Part shown: piece after piece, positions 1 to 11,302 of the stretch
How the letters are laid out: each line of letters starts with the position of its first letter
How positions within the stretch are numbered: the first letter of the stretch is position 1
NCBI GenBank assembly: GCA_026981935.1
Contig: JALSIC010000026.1
Span: 65 to 64,064, forward strand
Direction of reading: 5' to 3'
Source of the DNA: Gammaproteobacteria bacterium
Lineage (GTDB): Bacteria; Pseudomonadota; Gammaproteobacteria; SZUA-140
DNA: 64,000 nucleotides
Program-made: the position numbers and the translations under genes
The notes under the pieces: generated by a model
Database searches by the model: none
The model's input: the letters and a program-made list of their open reading frames with translations, nothing else
Told to the model about the DNA's origin: nothing

Positions 1-57
1 CTCATCGTCCTCTACCACGCCCGCCCCGGCGCCCACTGAATCCCGCCACCCCCCGAA

Positions 58-240
58 CCGCGGGGCCGGATCGTACCCGGCAGATCCCTTGCCGACTGCA
101 AGTCGGCTATCCCGCCATCCGTCCTCTGTCCTCCGTCCTCCGTCCTCCGAATTGGGAGCGCCGGGTTGTACCCGGCAAACCCCTTTCCGACTGCAAGTCG
201 GCGATCCCGCCATCCGTCCTCTGTCCTCCGTCCTCCGAAT
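58..240. repeat. Two tandem copies of a ~90 bp composite REP-like element: a GCCGGGT-n3-ACCCGGC hairpin, a CCGACTgcaAGTCGG hairpin, then ATCCCGCCATCC and a (TCCTCYG)n 7-mer array, ending at the DJ-1 stop
   Basis: Direct reading: 89-160 and 166-240 are near-identical; the same CCGACTTGCAGTCGG palindrome recurs at 24928 and the same 7-mer array at 40058-40114. Confidence 0.7.
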
Positions 241-791
241 CAGCGCACCAGCGCCTTCTCCACGTCTTCGCGGACAGTGCGCCCGGCCAGGCACTCGATG
301 AGGACAAGGGCGAAATCCATGGCCGTGCCGGGGCCGCGCGAGGTGATGACCGTGCCGTCGCGCACCACCGCCTCACCCGTCAAGGTGACATCCGGCAGAT
401 CCATGGACTCCAGGACGCCGGGATAAGCGGTGGCGCAGCGCCCTGCCAGCAGGCCTGCGCGGGCCAGCACCTTGGGGGCGGCACAAATGGCCGCCGTGTA
501 CTTGCCCGCCCCGGCCATGCGCTTGAGCAGGGCCTGGATGCGCGGGTCCTCGTCCAGGTAATCCGCACCAGGCAGGCCGCCGGGCAGAACCACCATGTCG
601 AAGTCTTCATCCAGGGCCGCATCCAGAGTCGTGTCGGGCACCAGGACGGTCCCGCGGCTGGCGCGCACGGGTTCGCCGTCCAGCCCCGCCGTCACCACTT
701 CGATACCGGCGCGGCGCAGCAGATCGATCACGGTCACCGCTTCCAGTTCTTCGCAACCCTGGGCCAGGGGTACCAATACCTTTGCTGTCAT
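240..791 (-). CDS. DJ-1/PfpI family protein (YajL/ThiJ-like)
   Basis: 183 aa; DJ-1 fold motifs (AAICAAP, VVLPGG) in the supplied translation. Confidence 0.8.
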   Translation of the reverse strand: MTAKVLVPLAQGCEELEAVTVIDLLRRAGIEVVTAGLDGEPVRASRGTVLVPDTTLDAALDEDFDMVVLPGGLPGADYLDEDPRIQALLKRMAGAGKYTAAICAAPKVLARAGLLAGRCATAYPGVLESMDLPDVTLTGEAVVRDGTVITSRGPGTAMDFALVLIECLAGRTVREDVEKALVR

Positions 792-870
792 GGTGTGATT
801 CTCCTCCTGCTTGAATTCAGGCAGGCCCCATCATGGCAAAAATCCGATCCGCCGGGAATGCCGGCAGCGC

Positions 871-1689
871 TTACTGGGGCAGCGTTGCGGCGGGGCGCCG
901 GGCCAGCAAGGGGGCGTTCCCGGGGCTCTCCAGCATGGCGGCACGCTGGATGAGCCGGGACACCGGGAGAATGTCGATGCCTTCGGCCGCCACGCGGGGC
1001 AGGGCCGCTTCCAGAAAGGCCAGGGTCTCGGGATGAGGATGACCGATGGCCAGCGCCACGCCCTGGCGCCTGGCCAGGGCAAGCAGACGCCGGAAGTGAT
1101 GGGCGATGGCGGCCGGTTCCCGCTCGTGGTCCAGGAAGACGTGACGGCGCAGGGTGGGAATGTGGTATTCCCGTGCCACCGCCTGCGCAATGCTGTGCCT
1201 GCTGGTATGGCTGTCGATGAAATACAGCGGCCGCAGGCGGACGATTTCCTCCATCAGCCAGCGCATGGGGCGTTCCTTCTGGGTGAGAAGACTGCCCATG
1301 TGATTGTTGATGCCCCGCACATGGGGCACGCTGGCCAGGTTCTCCATCACCACGCGCACGAACTCGTCACGCGACATGCCCGGATGCAGTCCGCCGGGTC
1401 CCAGGGGGCGGTGATCCAGCGCCTCCATGGGCAGATGCATCATCACTTCCTTGTTGCGCGCATGCGCCAGTCTCGCCAGGGACTTTGCATAGGGGGTGTG
1501 AGGCAGGAAGGAATAGGTCAGCGGGGCCGGCAGCATCACCGCGCGAACCCCGGCCCCCAGCTTCTGGCCCAGGTCATCGATGATAATGGCAATGGCGGGA
1601 CGGGGGGACGGCGCGGTTTCCGCGGGGACGGCGGCCTGTACGGTGCACAGCACCGCGGTGAAAACCGCCATCAAGCAACGCCGCATCAA
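871..1689 (-). CDS. yibQ: Divergent polysaccharide deacetylase family protein (YibQ-like), secreted
   Basis: 272 aa with an N-terminal signal peptide; sits downstream of envC/ctpA as in E. coli gpmM-envC-yibQ. Confidence 0.7.
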   Translation of the reverse strand: MMRRCLMAVFTAVLCTVQAAVPAETAPSPRPAIAIIIDDLGQKLGAGVRAVMLPAPLTYSFLPHTPYAKSLARLAHARNKEVMMHLPMEALDHRPLGPGGLHPGMSRDEFVRVVMENLASVPHVRGINNHMGSLLTQKERPMRWLMEEIVRLRPLYFIDSHTSRHSIAQAVAREYHIPTLRRHVFLDHEREPAAIAHHFRRLLALARRQGVALAIGHPHPETLAFLEAALPRVAAEGIDILPVSRLIQRAAMLESPGNAPLLARRPAATLPQ

Positions 1690-1922
1690 AAGTCTTTCTT
1701 GTTGTTATTTCTCGTCTTGCCAGGCATCTCTGCCCGGCCTGGGGTCATACTATATTTTACATTATTGATTGACTGCCATGGTGTAGCCCGATGCAGGCCC
1801 CCAGGGCCGAAATCCAGGGAAAGGCGCCATTCATCCCGGATTTCGCTTCGCTCTCATCGGGCTACTCATATCGTGCATCCAGGTAAGTCTCAATAACCGA
1901 AAATACCAACGGTACTGGCCTT

Positions 1923-3254
1923 TCAACTGGCGGCCGGCGCCTGCTGCTTGAGGATATACAGGCCCTTGAGGAGATTGAGCGCCTCGAACAGCTGGTAGTC
2001 CTCCTTGAGCAGCTTGCCGATGGCGGCCGCCGCGTCCTCTTCCCCGGCCACGGCCTTGTCGCCTTCCGTGCCGTTCTCCAGGTGACGCTTGAGATCGGCC
2101 TCGGTGACAGGCTCGAAGTCCTCGTTCTCCACCACGGAGACCTCGACCTTGGCCAGCTGGATGTCCGGCTCGATACCCTCGGCCTGGATGGAACGGCCCG
2201 AAGGGGTGTAGTAACGGGCCGTGGTGAGCTTGAGGGCCGTGCCGTCCTTCATGGGCAGCACGGTCTGCACCGATCCCTTGCCGAAGGAACGCCGCCCCAT
2301 GATGACGGCGCGGCGGTGATCCTGCAGGGCACCCGCCACGATCTCGGAAGCGGAGGCCGAACCGACGTTGATGAGCACGACGATGGGGGCGCCGTCGAGG
2401 GCATCTCCCGGTGTGGCCTTGAAGCGCACCTCGGAATCCGGGGCGCGGCCCTCGGTATAGACGATGAGACCCTGTTCCAGGAAGGTGTCCGCCACGTCCA
2501 CGGCGGCGCTGAGCACGCCCCCGGGGTTGTTGCGCAGATCCAGTACCAGGCCGTCCAGCTTGCCCCCGTTCTCCTTCTTCAGGGTCTTGATGGCCTCCAT
2601 GAGGTTGTCGGCGGTATTGGACTGGAACTGGGTGATGCGCACATAGCCGAAACCGGGCGCCAGGAGACGATGCTTGACGCTGGTCACCTTGATGATGGCG
2701 CGGGTGATGGTGACCTTGAAGGGGGCATCGAGCCCCTCGCGGACGATGGTCAGGGTGATGTCCGTGCCCGGTTTGCCACGCATGATATCCACCGCCTCGC
2801 GCAGGGTCAGCCCCTTCACGGGGGTGTCGTCGAGACGGATGATGAGATCCCCGGCCGCGATGCCGGCACGCTGGGCGGGCGTATCATCGATGGGCGCGAT
2901 CACCTTGACGAAACCGTCCTCCATGCCCACCTCGATACCCAGGCCGCCGAACTCGCCCGTGGTACCCACCTGCAGCTCTTCGAAGGCCTCCTCGTCCAGA
3001 TAGGCGGAATGGGGGTCGAGACCGGAGAGCATGCCGCGAATGGCGTTCTCCAGCAACTCCTTGTCCTCCACCGGCTCCACGTAGTTGGCCTTGATGTTGG
3101 CAAAGACGTCGGTGAAGGTGCGCAATTCCTTGAGCGGCAGGGGGCCGGCCTCGATGGCATCCCTGTCGGCGAAGACGCTGTGGCCGACGGTCAGCATGAC
3201 ACCCAGGATCAGTCCCAGGCTCAGGAGCAGAAAGTTGCGTGTCGTCGTATTCAT
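1923..3254 (-). CDS. ctpA: Carboxy-terminal processing protease (S41, PDZ domain)
   Basis: 443 aa; signal peptide, PDZ domain and S41 catalytic region (GSASASEIVAGALQD). Confidence 0.9.
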   Translation of the reverse strand: MNTTTRNFLLLSLGLILGVMLTVGHSVFADRDAIEAGPLPLKELRTFTDVFANIKANYVEPVEDKELLENAIRGMLSGLDPHSAYLDEEAFEELQVGTTGEFGGLGIEVGMEDGFVKVIAPIDDTPAQRAGIAAGDLIIRLDDTPVKGLTLREAVDIMRGKPGTDITLTIVREGLDAPFKVTITRAIIKVTSVKHRLLAPGFGYVRITQFQSNTADNLMEAIKTLKKENGGKLDGLVLDLRNNPGGVLSAAVDVADTFLEQGLIVYTEGRAPDSEVRFKATPGDALDGAPIVVLINVGSASASEIVAGALQDHRRAVIMGRRSFGKGSVQTVLPMKDGTALKLTTARYYTPSGRSIQAEGIEPDIQLAKVEVSVVENEDFEPVTEADLKRHLENGTEGDKAVAGEEDAAAAIGKLLKEDYQLFEALNLLKGLYILKQQAPAAS

Positions 3255-3381
3255 GGAAACTCCCGTCTCGCCGGCCGCCAGCCGGTCAATACCTCGAAAA
3301 TTACGGCTACTCTAACAGAAAGCCCCTGCTGATTTGAATAGCGCCCCATAACGATACGGCATCCCGGTGGCTGGGACACTT

Positions 3382-4566
3382 TCACCCCTGCCTGCTGTCC
3401 CTGCGACACCAGCGCAGGGGATCCACGGGCTTGCCATTGTGGCGGATCTCGAAATACAGCCCGGGCCGCTTGCGCCCGCCGCTGCTGCCCACCGTGGCGA
3501 TGACTTCGCCCGCCGACACCCATTCACCCACGCTCTTGTAGAGGCTCTGGTTGTGGGCATACAGGCTCATATAACCACCACCGTGATCGATGATGATGAG
3601 CAAGCCGAAGCCCCGCAGCCAGTCGGCGAAGGCCACCCGGCCATGATGGATGCTGCGCACGGCCGTGCCTTCCTGCGCGCTGAGCAGCACGCCTTGCCAC
3701 TTGAGCCGGCCGCTGCGCAGACGGCGCTGGCCAAAGCGGGCGCTGACGCGTCCCTGCACCGGCAAGGCAAGCCGACCCTTGAGCGCCGCGAAGGGCAGCA
3801 TGTCGCCTTCTTCCGATGGTATATCGGTCAGGGCTTCCTGAATCTGATCCAGCAGCCGCGTCAGGCGCCGCTCATCCTCAAGATAGGCCTGCAGGCGCTG
3901 CTCCTTGGTCCGGATCGCCTGTTCCAGTTTGGCCAGCACCTGGCGACGTTCAGCGAGGCGCGTCTCTTTCTCCGCCATCTGCCGGGCCTGGCGCCGGGAC
4001 AGGCGTTCCAGGCGGCGGGTTTCGCGGTCGATCTCCGCCTCCAGCTCGGCCACCGCCTGGAGATGGCGGCGAATGACGGCAATCTGCTCCGCGCGGGCCC
4101 GGTTGAAATAATCGTAATAGGTGAGGGCACGCCCGATGGCAGCGGGGTCCTGCTGGTTGAGAATGATCTTGAGATCGCCCTGGCGTCCCATGGCATAGGC
4201 CGCAACGACCTGGCGGCGCAGCAGGTCCCGGTGCTGTTCCAGCTCGCGCTGCCTGACGTCGCGTCGCCGGCGCAGATCCGCAAGCGCCTGGCGCCGTTCG
4301 GACAGTCTGGCACGGGTCTCGCGCAAGGACCGGCTCAGGCGGCCGATTTCCTTCTCCGCACGCTGCAGCCGTTGACGCAGTACCCGTTGCTGGCCGCGGT
4401 CCTCGTTCAGGGCCTGGCGCAGGGTCTGGATCTGCTGGCGCAAGGCCTCCAGCCGGGCCGCCTTGTCATCGTCCCCGGCCGCCCATGCCGCCCAGGGCAG
4501 CAGGACCAGAAGGAGCCAGGGCCACAGGCATCGGGCGGCGGGGCGGGCGGAACATGCGATCGCCAT
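3382..4566 (-). CDS. envC: Murein hydrolase activator EnvC (coiled-coil plus M23/LytM domain)
   Basis: 394 aa; signal peptide, long coiled-coil, C-terminal LytM motif (IIIDHGGGYMSLYAHN). Confidence 0.85.
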   Translation of the reverse strand: MAIACSARPAARCLWPWLLLVLLPWAAWAAGDDDKAARLEALRQQIQTLRQALNEDRGQQRVLRQRLQRAEKEIGRLSRSLRETRARLSERRQALADLRRRRDVRQRELEQHRDLLRRQVVAAYAMGRQGDLKIILNQQDPAAIGRALTYYDYFNRARAEQIAVIRRHLQAVAELEAEIDRETRRLERLSRRQARQMAEKETRLAERRQVLAKLEQAIRTKEQRLQAYLEDERRLTRLLDQIQEALTDIPSEEGDMLPFAALKGRLALPVQGRVSARFGQRRLRSGRLKWQGVLLSAQEGTAVRSIHHGRVAFADWLRGFGLLIIIDHGGGYMSLYAHNQSLYKSVGEWVSAGEVIATVGSSGGRKRPGLYFEIRHNGKPVDPLRWCRRDSRQG

Positions 4567-4601
4567 TGCATGAGATTAGCACACTGTCTGCCAAAAAGAC
4601 T

Positions 4602-6170
4602 TCACACCAGTTCGATCAGCGAACGGCCTTCCATCTCCTCCGGCACGGGCAGGTCCATCAGATAGAGCATGGTGGGCGCCACATCCGACAGGCGCCCTCC
4701 CTGGCGCAGGCGGGCCGGCCGCCCGAGATAGACGAAGGGGACGGGATTGGCGGTATGGGCGGTCTGGGGCTTGCCTGTTGCGCGGTCACACATCTGCTCT
4801 GCATTGCCGTGATCGGCGGTGATGAGCAGTTCGCCGCCGGCCCGGCGCACGGCCTCGCTGACCCGCCCCAGGCAGGTGTCGATCACCTCGATGGCCCGTT
4901 GCGCTGCTGCCATGTTGCCGGTGTGCCCCACCATGTCCGGATTGGCATAGTTGCAGATGATGACATCGAAGCGTCCCGCAGCGATGGCCTCCACCAGCCG
5001 GTCCGTGACCTCGGGGGCGCTCATCTCCGGCTGCAGGTCGTAGGTGGCCACCTTGGGAGAGGGCACCAGGATGCGCTCCTCGCCGGGGAAGGGCCGCTCT
5101 TCACCGCCATTGAAAAAGAACGTCACATGGGCGTATTTCTCCGTCTCGGCGATGCGCAGCTGCCGCAGTCCCAGAGAGGCGATGTACTCGCCGAACACGT
5201 TGCGCAGCTTCACCGCCGGAAACGCCACGGGAATGGCAAATGCCTTGTTGTATTCGGTGAGACTCACGAACTCGGCGAGGGCCGGACGACAGCACCGCTC
5301 GAAGGCATCGAAGTCCGTCTCGATGAAGGCCCGGGTCAGCTGGCGGGCGCGGTCGGCACGAAAATTCATGAACACCACCACATCCCCCGCCTCCATGATG
5401 CAGGGACCCGGTGAACCGGCGTTTTCCGCAACGATGGCGGTGGGCTTGACGAATTCGTCGGTCTCGCCCCGCTCATAGGCCGCGGCCAGGGCCGCGGCCG
5501 CACTGTCCGCCACGTAGCCGGCCTTGCCGCAGGCCAGCAGTTCATAGGCGGCCCGGGTGCGTTCCCAGCGCTGGTCCCTGTCCATGGCGTAATAGCGGCC
5601 CACCACGGAGGCAATGGGCGCCTGCCCCAGGGACGCCAGCAATGCCTCCATGGCCTCCAGGGAGGACGCGGCGCTCTGCGGCGGCGTGTCGCGACCGTCG
5701 AGAAAGGCATGGACACATACCTTCGCCCCGCGTGCCGCGGCGAGACGCACCATGGCCTGGATCTGCGCCTCGTGACTGTGCACACCCCCCGGTGACAACA
5801 GGCCCAGGATATGGACGCGGCGCCCGCCGGACACGGCCTTGTCCACCGCCGCCACCAGCACCGGGTTGCGTTCGAACTCACCGTCGGCAATGGCTTTCTC
5901 GATACGGGTGTATTCCTGATAGACGATACGTCCGGCACCCAGGTTGAGATGCCCCACCTCGGAGTTGCCCATCTGGTTGCGGGGCAGGCCCACCTCCTGC
6001 CCCGAGCCCTCGATGAGCGTATGGGGGCACTCGCGCCACAGGCGATCCCAGTGGGGTGTGCGTGCCGCGAGGATGGCATTGCAGCGCGGATCCTCGTCAT
6101 GCCCCCAGCCGTCGAGCACGATGAGCGCCAGCGGCCGCACGGCGGGAAGACGGGCTTGTTTGTGATTCAT
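4602..6170 (-). CDS. gpmI: 2,3-bisphosphoglycerate-independent phosphoglycerate mutase
   Basis: Full-length iPGM homology; start placed at the internal Met (MNHKQARLP...), not the 26-aa extended ORF start at 6248. Confidence 0.9.
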   Translation of the reverse strand: MNHKQARLPAVRPLALIVLDGWGHDEDPRCNAILAARTPHWDRLWRECPHTLIEGSGQEVGLPRNQMGNSEVGHLNLGAGRIVYQEYTRIEKAIADGEFERNPVLVAAVDKAVSGGRRVHILGLLSPGGVHSHEAQIQAMVRLAAARGAKVCVHAFLDGRDTPPQSAASSLEAMEALLASLGQAPIASVVGRYYAMDRDQRWERTRAAYELLACGKAGYVADSAAAALAAAYERGETDEFVKPTAIVAENAGSPGPCIMEAGDVVVFMNFRADRARQLTRAFIETDFDAFERCCRPALAEFVSLTEYNKAFAIPVAFPAVKLRNVFGEYIASLGLRQLRIAETEKYAHVTFFFNGGEERPFPGEERILVPSPKVATYDLQPEMSAPEVTDRLVEAIAAGRFDVIICNYANPDMVGHTGNMAAAQRAIEVIDTCLGRVSEAVRRAGGELLITADHGNAEQMCDRATGKPQTAHTANPVPFVYLGRPARLRQGGRLSDVAPTMLYLMDLPVPEEMEGRSLIELV

Positions 6171-6439
6171 GTGTCCTGGGTTCCGGAAGTTCGATACAAG
6201 GCAGGATATCCTGACTGCGGGCCGCCATGATAGTGTTTTCCGGCGCAAAAGTTAACCCGTCTGTGTCAACCTGCATATTGCGCCGCCCGCGCCCCATCGC
6301 CTAGAATGCCCCACCTGTGGTGCTGTCGATCGCATGTTCCAGACAGGCATCCAATCACAAGCTGATCAGGATCCGTTCCACTGGCCCGTTCTCCGCACCT
6401 TTCGTCAAGGCCTCTACTCACACAGGAGAGTCATAACGC

Positions 6440-6967
6440 ATGGACTTCATCCTCAACAACTGGCTGCTCTTCCTGGCCCTGCTCATCGTGCTGGGACTGC
6501 TGGCCATGAACATGGCCCGCGACAAACTTCTGGGCTTTCGCGAACTCAAGCCCAACGAGATGGTCCAGCTCATGAACCGGGACGAGCCCGCCCTCCTGGA
6601 CACACGCAGCGAGGAGGAATACGGAAAAGGCCACATCCTGGGCGCGCGCAACATCCCCCATGACCAGCTTCCCGACCGCCTCGGCGAACTGGAGGAATGG
6701 CGGGGACGCAAGGTCGTCGTCTATTGCCGCACGGGCCAGCGGGCGGCGGTGGCCGCTGGCCAGCTCAAGAAAGCAGGCTTCGAGGCCGTCTATAAGCTCA
6801 ATGGCGGCGTGCTGGCATGGCAGGGGGCCGGCCTCCCCCTGGTCACCGGGGGCGCGGAGGAATCCTCCGCAACGCAGGACACGCACGACGATGACGCGCC
6901 GGCCCTCCCGGAACCAGACCGGGAATCCACGACGGCATCCGCGGAGAAACGCACCACCGGCGCCTGA
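6440..6967 (+). CDS. Membrane-anchored single-domain rhodanese (YibN-like sulfurtransferase)
   Basis: N-terminal TM helix, rhodanese fold with active-site loop CRTGQR, acidic C-terminal tail; position matches E. coli yibN upstream of secB-gpsA. Confidence 0.75.
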   Translation: MDFILNNWLLFLALLIVLGLLAMNMARDKLLGFRELKPNEMVQLMNRDEPALLDTRSEEEYGKGHILGARNIPHDQLPDRLGELEEWRGRKVVVYCRTGQRAAVAAGQLKKAGFEAVYKLNGGVLAWQGAGLPLVTGGAEESSATQDTHDDDAPALPEPDRESTTASAEKRTTGA

Positions 6968-7306
6968 CCCCCGCGGCCGGAGCGCGGCAGCACTTGCAAA
7001 ACGTTACAACGTTACAAAGCCGGGGCCTGCCTCGATACGCACTCGACACGAATGGGGCGTCGGTGCAGAATAGCTGCCATCTGCAGCAGGACCCAGGAGT
7101 CTGCCGGATTCAGGCGATCATAGCGAGCAGGGTGGGAGAGAGAACGAATCTCCACGATTTGAGGCACATAGTGGGACTGCGCAACGAGAAATCGGGGAGA
7201 TTCGGGCGCTCTCCCATCGGCGCAGTAGACCAGCTCTAAGTTCGACAGACTCCTGGTCACAGCAACGGGCATCAGATCATTCATTCAGAACCACGGGTGA
7301 CATTGC

Positions 7307-7825
7307 ATGTCGGAAAACAACACGAACGCCAACCCAAATACAGGCGGGGATGCGGCCCAGGCGCCCCAACGCCAGATGATCATCCAGAAGATCTATGTCA
7401 AGGATGCATCCTTCGAATCCCCCAATGCTCCCCAGATCTTTTCCCAGGCCCAATGGCAGCCGGATGTCAGCGTGCAGCTGCAGAATGCCGCCGTCGCCCT
7501 GGCCGAGACCCTCTACGAGGTGACCCTCACCGCCACCATCACCACCAAGATGGACGACAAGACGGCCTACCTGGCCGAGGTTCAACAGGCCGGGATCTTC
7601 GACATCCGGGGCCTGGAAAGGGAGGAGCTGGCCCGCCTGCTGGGCACCATCTGCCCCCACACCCTGTTTCCCTATCTGCGCCAGGCGCTGGACGACCTCA
7701 TCAAGAAGGGCGGCTTTCCCGAATTTCTCCTCGCCCCGGTCAACTTCGATGCCATTTACGATGACCAAGTGCGCAAGAAACAGCAACCGGAACAAGCTGG
7801 GCCACCATCCGCCCCATCCCATTGA
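7307..7825 (+). CDS. secB: Protein-export chaperone SecB
   Basis: 172 aa; SecB motifs (IQKIYVKDASFESPNAPQIF). Confidence 0.9.
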   Translation: MSENNTNANPNTGGDAAQAPQRQMIIQKIYVKDASFESPNAPQIFSQAQWQPDVSVQLQNAAVALAETLYEVTLTATITTKMDDKTAYLAEVQQAGIFDIRGLEREELARLLGTICPHTLFPYLRQALDDLIKKGGFPEFLLAPVNFDAIYDDQVRKKQQPEQAGPPSAPSH

Positions 7826-7894
7826 GGCATGCCGGTTTCGGGACAGACTTCCCGCCTGCCACCCCCGGCGGGCCGGCAGCAATGACAGGCCCGG

Positions 7895-9669
<1,775 letters not shown>

Positions 9670-9797
9670 GCCCTGCACCACAAGTTTTGCCGGCAAGGGA
9701 CGAAATATCCCATAATCACGGGCAATCTCTCTGACACTCTCTCTGGTAATCTCTCTGGCAGCCATCGTACAAGCTTTCCATCACAAGGACCCTCCAC

Positions 9798-11231
9798 ATG
9801 GGTAAGGAAGTCGCCACCAGCCGCTTCAACAAGCAGGACTTCAAGGCCTATACGCGGCGCCTCAGGGAAGAAACCCTGCTGCTGGAACAGTGGTTCCGGT
9901 CCGGCGTGTTCGCCGAGGACCATCCGCGTGGCGGTTTCGAACTGGAAGCCTGGCTGGTGGACCGTAACTACCATCCCGCCCCGCTCAACGAACGCTTTCT
10001 GAATCTGAGCGGCGACATCCTGGTGGTGCCCGAGCTGGCGCGTTTCAATGTGGAAATGAACGGCAGGCCCCTGCCCCTCCAGGGCGATGCCCTCGCCACC
10101 ATGGAGGAAGAGCTGGCCGAGACCTGGCGGCGCTGCCGGCGCATCGCCGGCTCGCTCGACTGCGACATGCTCATGATCGGCACCCTGCCCACGGTGGGCG
10201 ACCAGGATCTCACCCTCGCCAACATGTCGGACATGGAACGCTTCCGGGCGCTCAACGAACAGGTATTGCGCCTGCGCCGCGGCCGACCCATCGGCCTGGA
10301 CATCCAGGGACGCCAGCACCTGCGCACCGCTCACTACGACGTCATGCTGGAAGCCGCCGCCACTTCGTTCCAGATCCACCTGCAGATCGGCGCCGGCCAG
10401 GCGCGGCGCTTCTTCAATGCCTCCCTGATCCTGTCCGCGCCCATGGTGGCCGCCTGCGCCAATTCGCCCTATCTCTTCGGCAAGGATCTCTGGGACGAGA
10501 CCCGCATCCCCCTGTTCGAACAGGCCATCGCCGTGGGCGGCTACGACTCACCGGAGTGCGGCGCCGAGCGGCGGGTGAGTTTCGGTACCGGCTTCGTCCG
10601 CGACAGCCTCTACGAGTGCTATGAAAAAAACCTCGCCTGTTTTCCCGTCCTGCTGCCGGCCGTGATGGACGAGCCCCCGCAACGCCTTGCCCATCTGCGC
10701 CTGCACAATGGCACCATCTGGCGCTGGAACCGCCCCCTCATCGGCTTCGACACGGAAGGCCGGCCCCACCTGCGCATCGAGCATCGTGTCGTGCCCGCAG
10801 GCCCCACGGTGACCGACTGTTTCGCCAACGCCGCCTTCTATTTCGGGCTGGTACAGGCCCTGGCCACACGGCAACCGCCACCAGAGGATGTCATGGACTT
10901 CGATACGGCACGCCGCAATTTCTACGCCGCGGCCCGCAACGGCCTGCGCGCCAAGGTCGAATGGCTGGATGGCCGGCGGGGCAACATACAGGACCTGTTG
11001 CTGGAGGAACTCCTGCCCCTGGCGCGCCGCGGCCTGGCGGCACTGGGCCTGGACCCGGCAGTGGGGGAGCGCTACCTGGACATCGTCGAGTCTCGCGTGC
11101 GCAGCGGCCGGACCGGCGCCGCCTGGCAGCGTGCCTATGTGGAAAGACACCAGTGTGACATGGCGACGCTCACCGCCGCCTACCTGGCACGCCAGGAAAG
11201 CGGCAAGCCGGTACACGAATGGCCCCTATGA
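9798..11231 (+). CDS. Glutamate--cysteine ligase family protein (GCS2/carboxylate-amine ligase-like)
   Basis: 477 aa; GCS2-like acidic motif (GFELEAWLVD) and overall architecture; assignment by resemblance only. Confidence 0.55.
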   Translation: MGKEVATSRFNKQDFKAYTRRLREETLLLEQWFRSGVFAEDHPRGGFELEAWLVDRNYHPAPLNERFLNLSGDILVVPELARFNVEMNGRPLPLQGDALATMEEELAETWRRCRRIAGSLDCDMLMIGTLPTVGDQDLTLANMSDMERFRALNEQVLRLRRGRPIGLDIQGRQHLRTAHYDVMLEAAATSFQIHLQIGAGQARRFFNASLILSAPMVAACANSPYLFGKDLWDETRIPLFEQAIAVGGYDSPECGAERRVSFGTGFVRDSLYECYEKNLACFPVLLPAVMDEPPQRLAHLRLHNGTIWRWNRPLIGFDTEGRPHLRIEHRVVPAGPTVTDCFANAAFYFGLVQALATRQPPPEDVMDFDTARRNFYAAARNGLRAKVEWLDGRRGNIQDLLLEELLPLARRGLAALGLDPAVGERYLDIVESRVRSGRTGAAWQRAYVERHQCDMATLTAAYLARQESGKPVHEWPL

Positions 11232-11288
11232 AATCCCCCCGTGAAATCCCCCCGTGAAATCCCCTGTGAAATCCCCTGTGAAATGATA
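11228..11288. repeat. Tandem array of (A/G)TGAAATCCCC(CC), 5 units, starting at the stop codon of the upstream ligase gene
   Basis: Direct reading; every unit contains TGA and the 11-13 bp unit rotates the frame. Confidence 0.8.
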
Positions 11289-11302
11289 CCTGTGACGCCG
11301 CC

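Noticed and set aside
1-39. Possible 3' end of a plus-strand gene running in from upstream (LIVLYHARPGAH*)
   Set aside because: Only 12 codons are visible; cannot be supported.
11222-11290. Possible CRISPR array (short direct repeats)
   Set aside because: Units are contiguous tandem repeats of 8-13 bp without intervening spacers; the same applies at 30199, 36846, 59400 and 63455; no cas genes are present.
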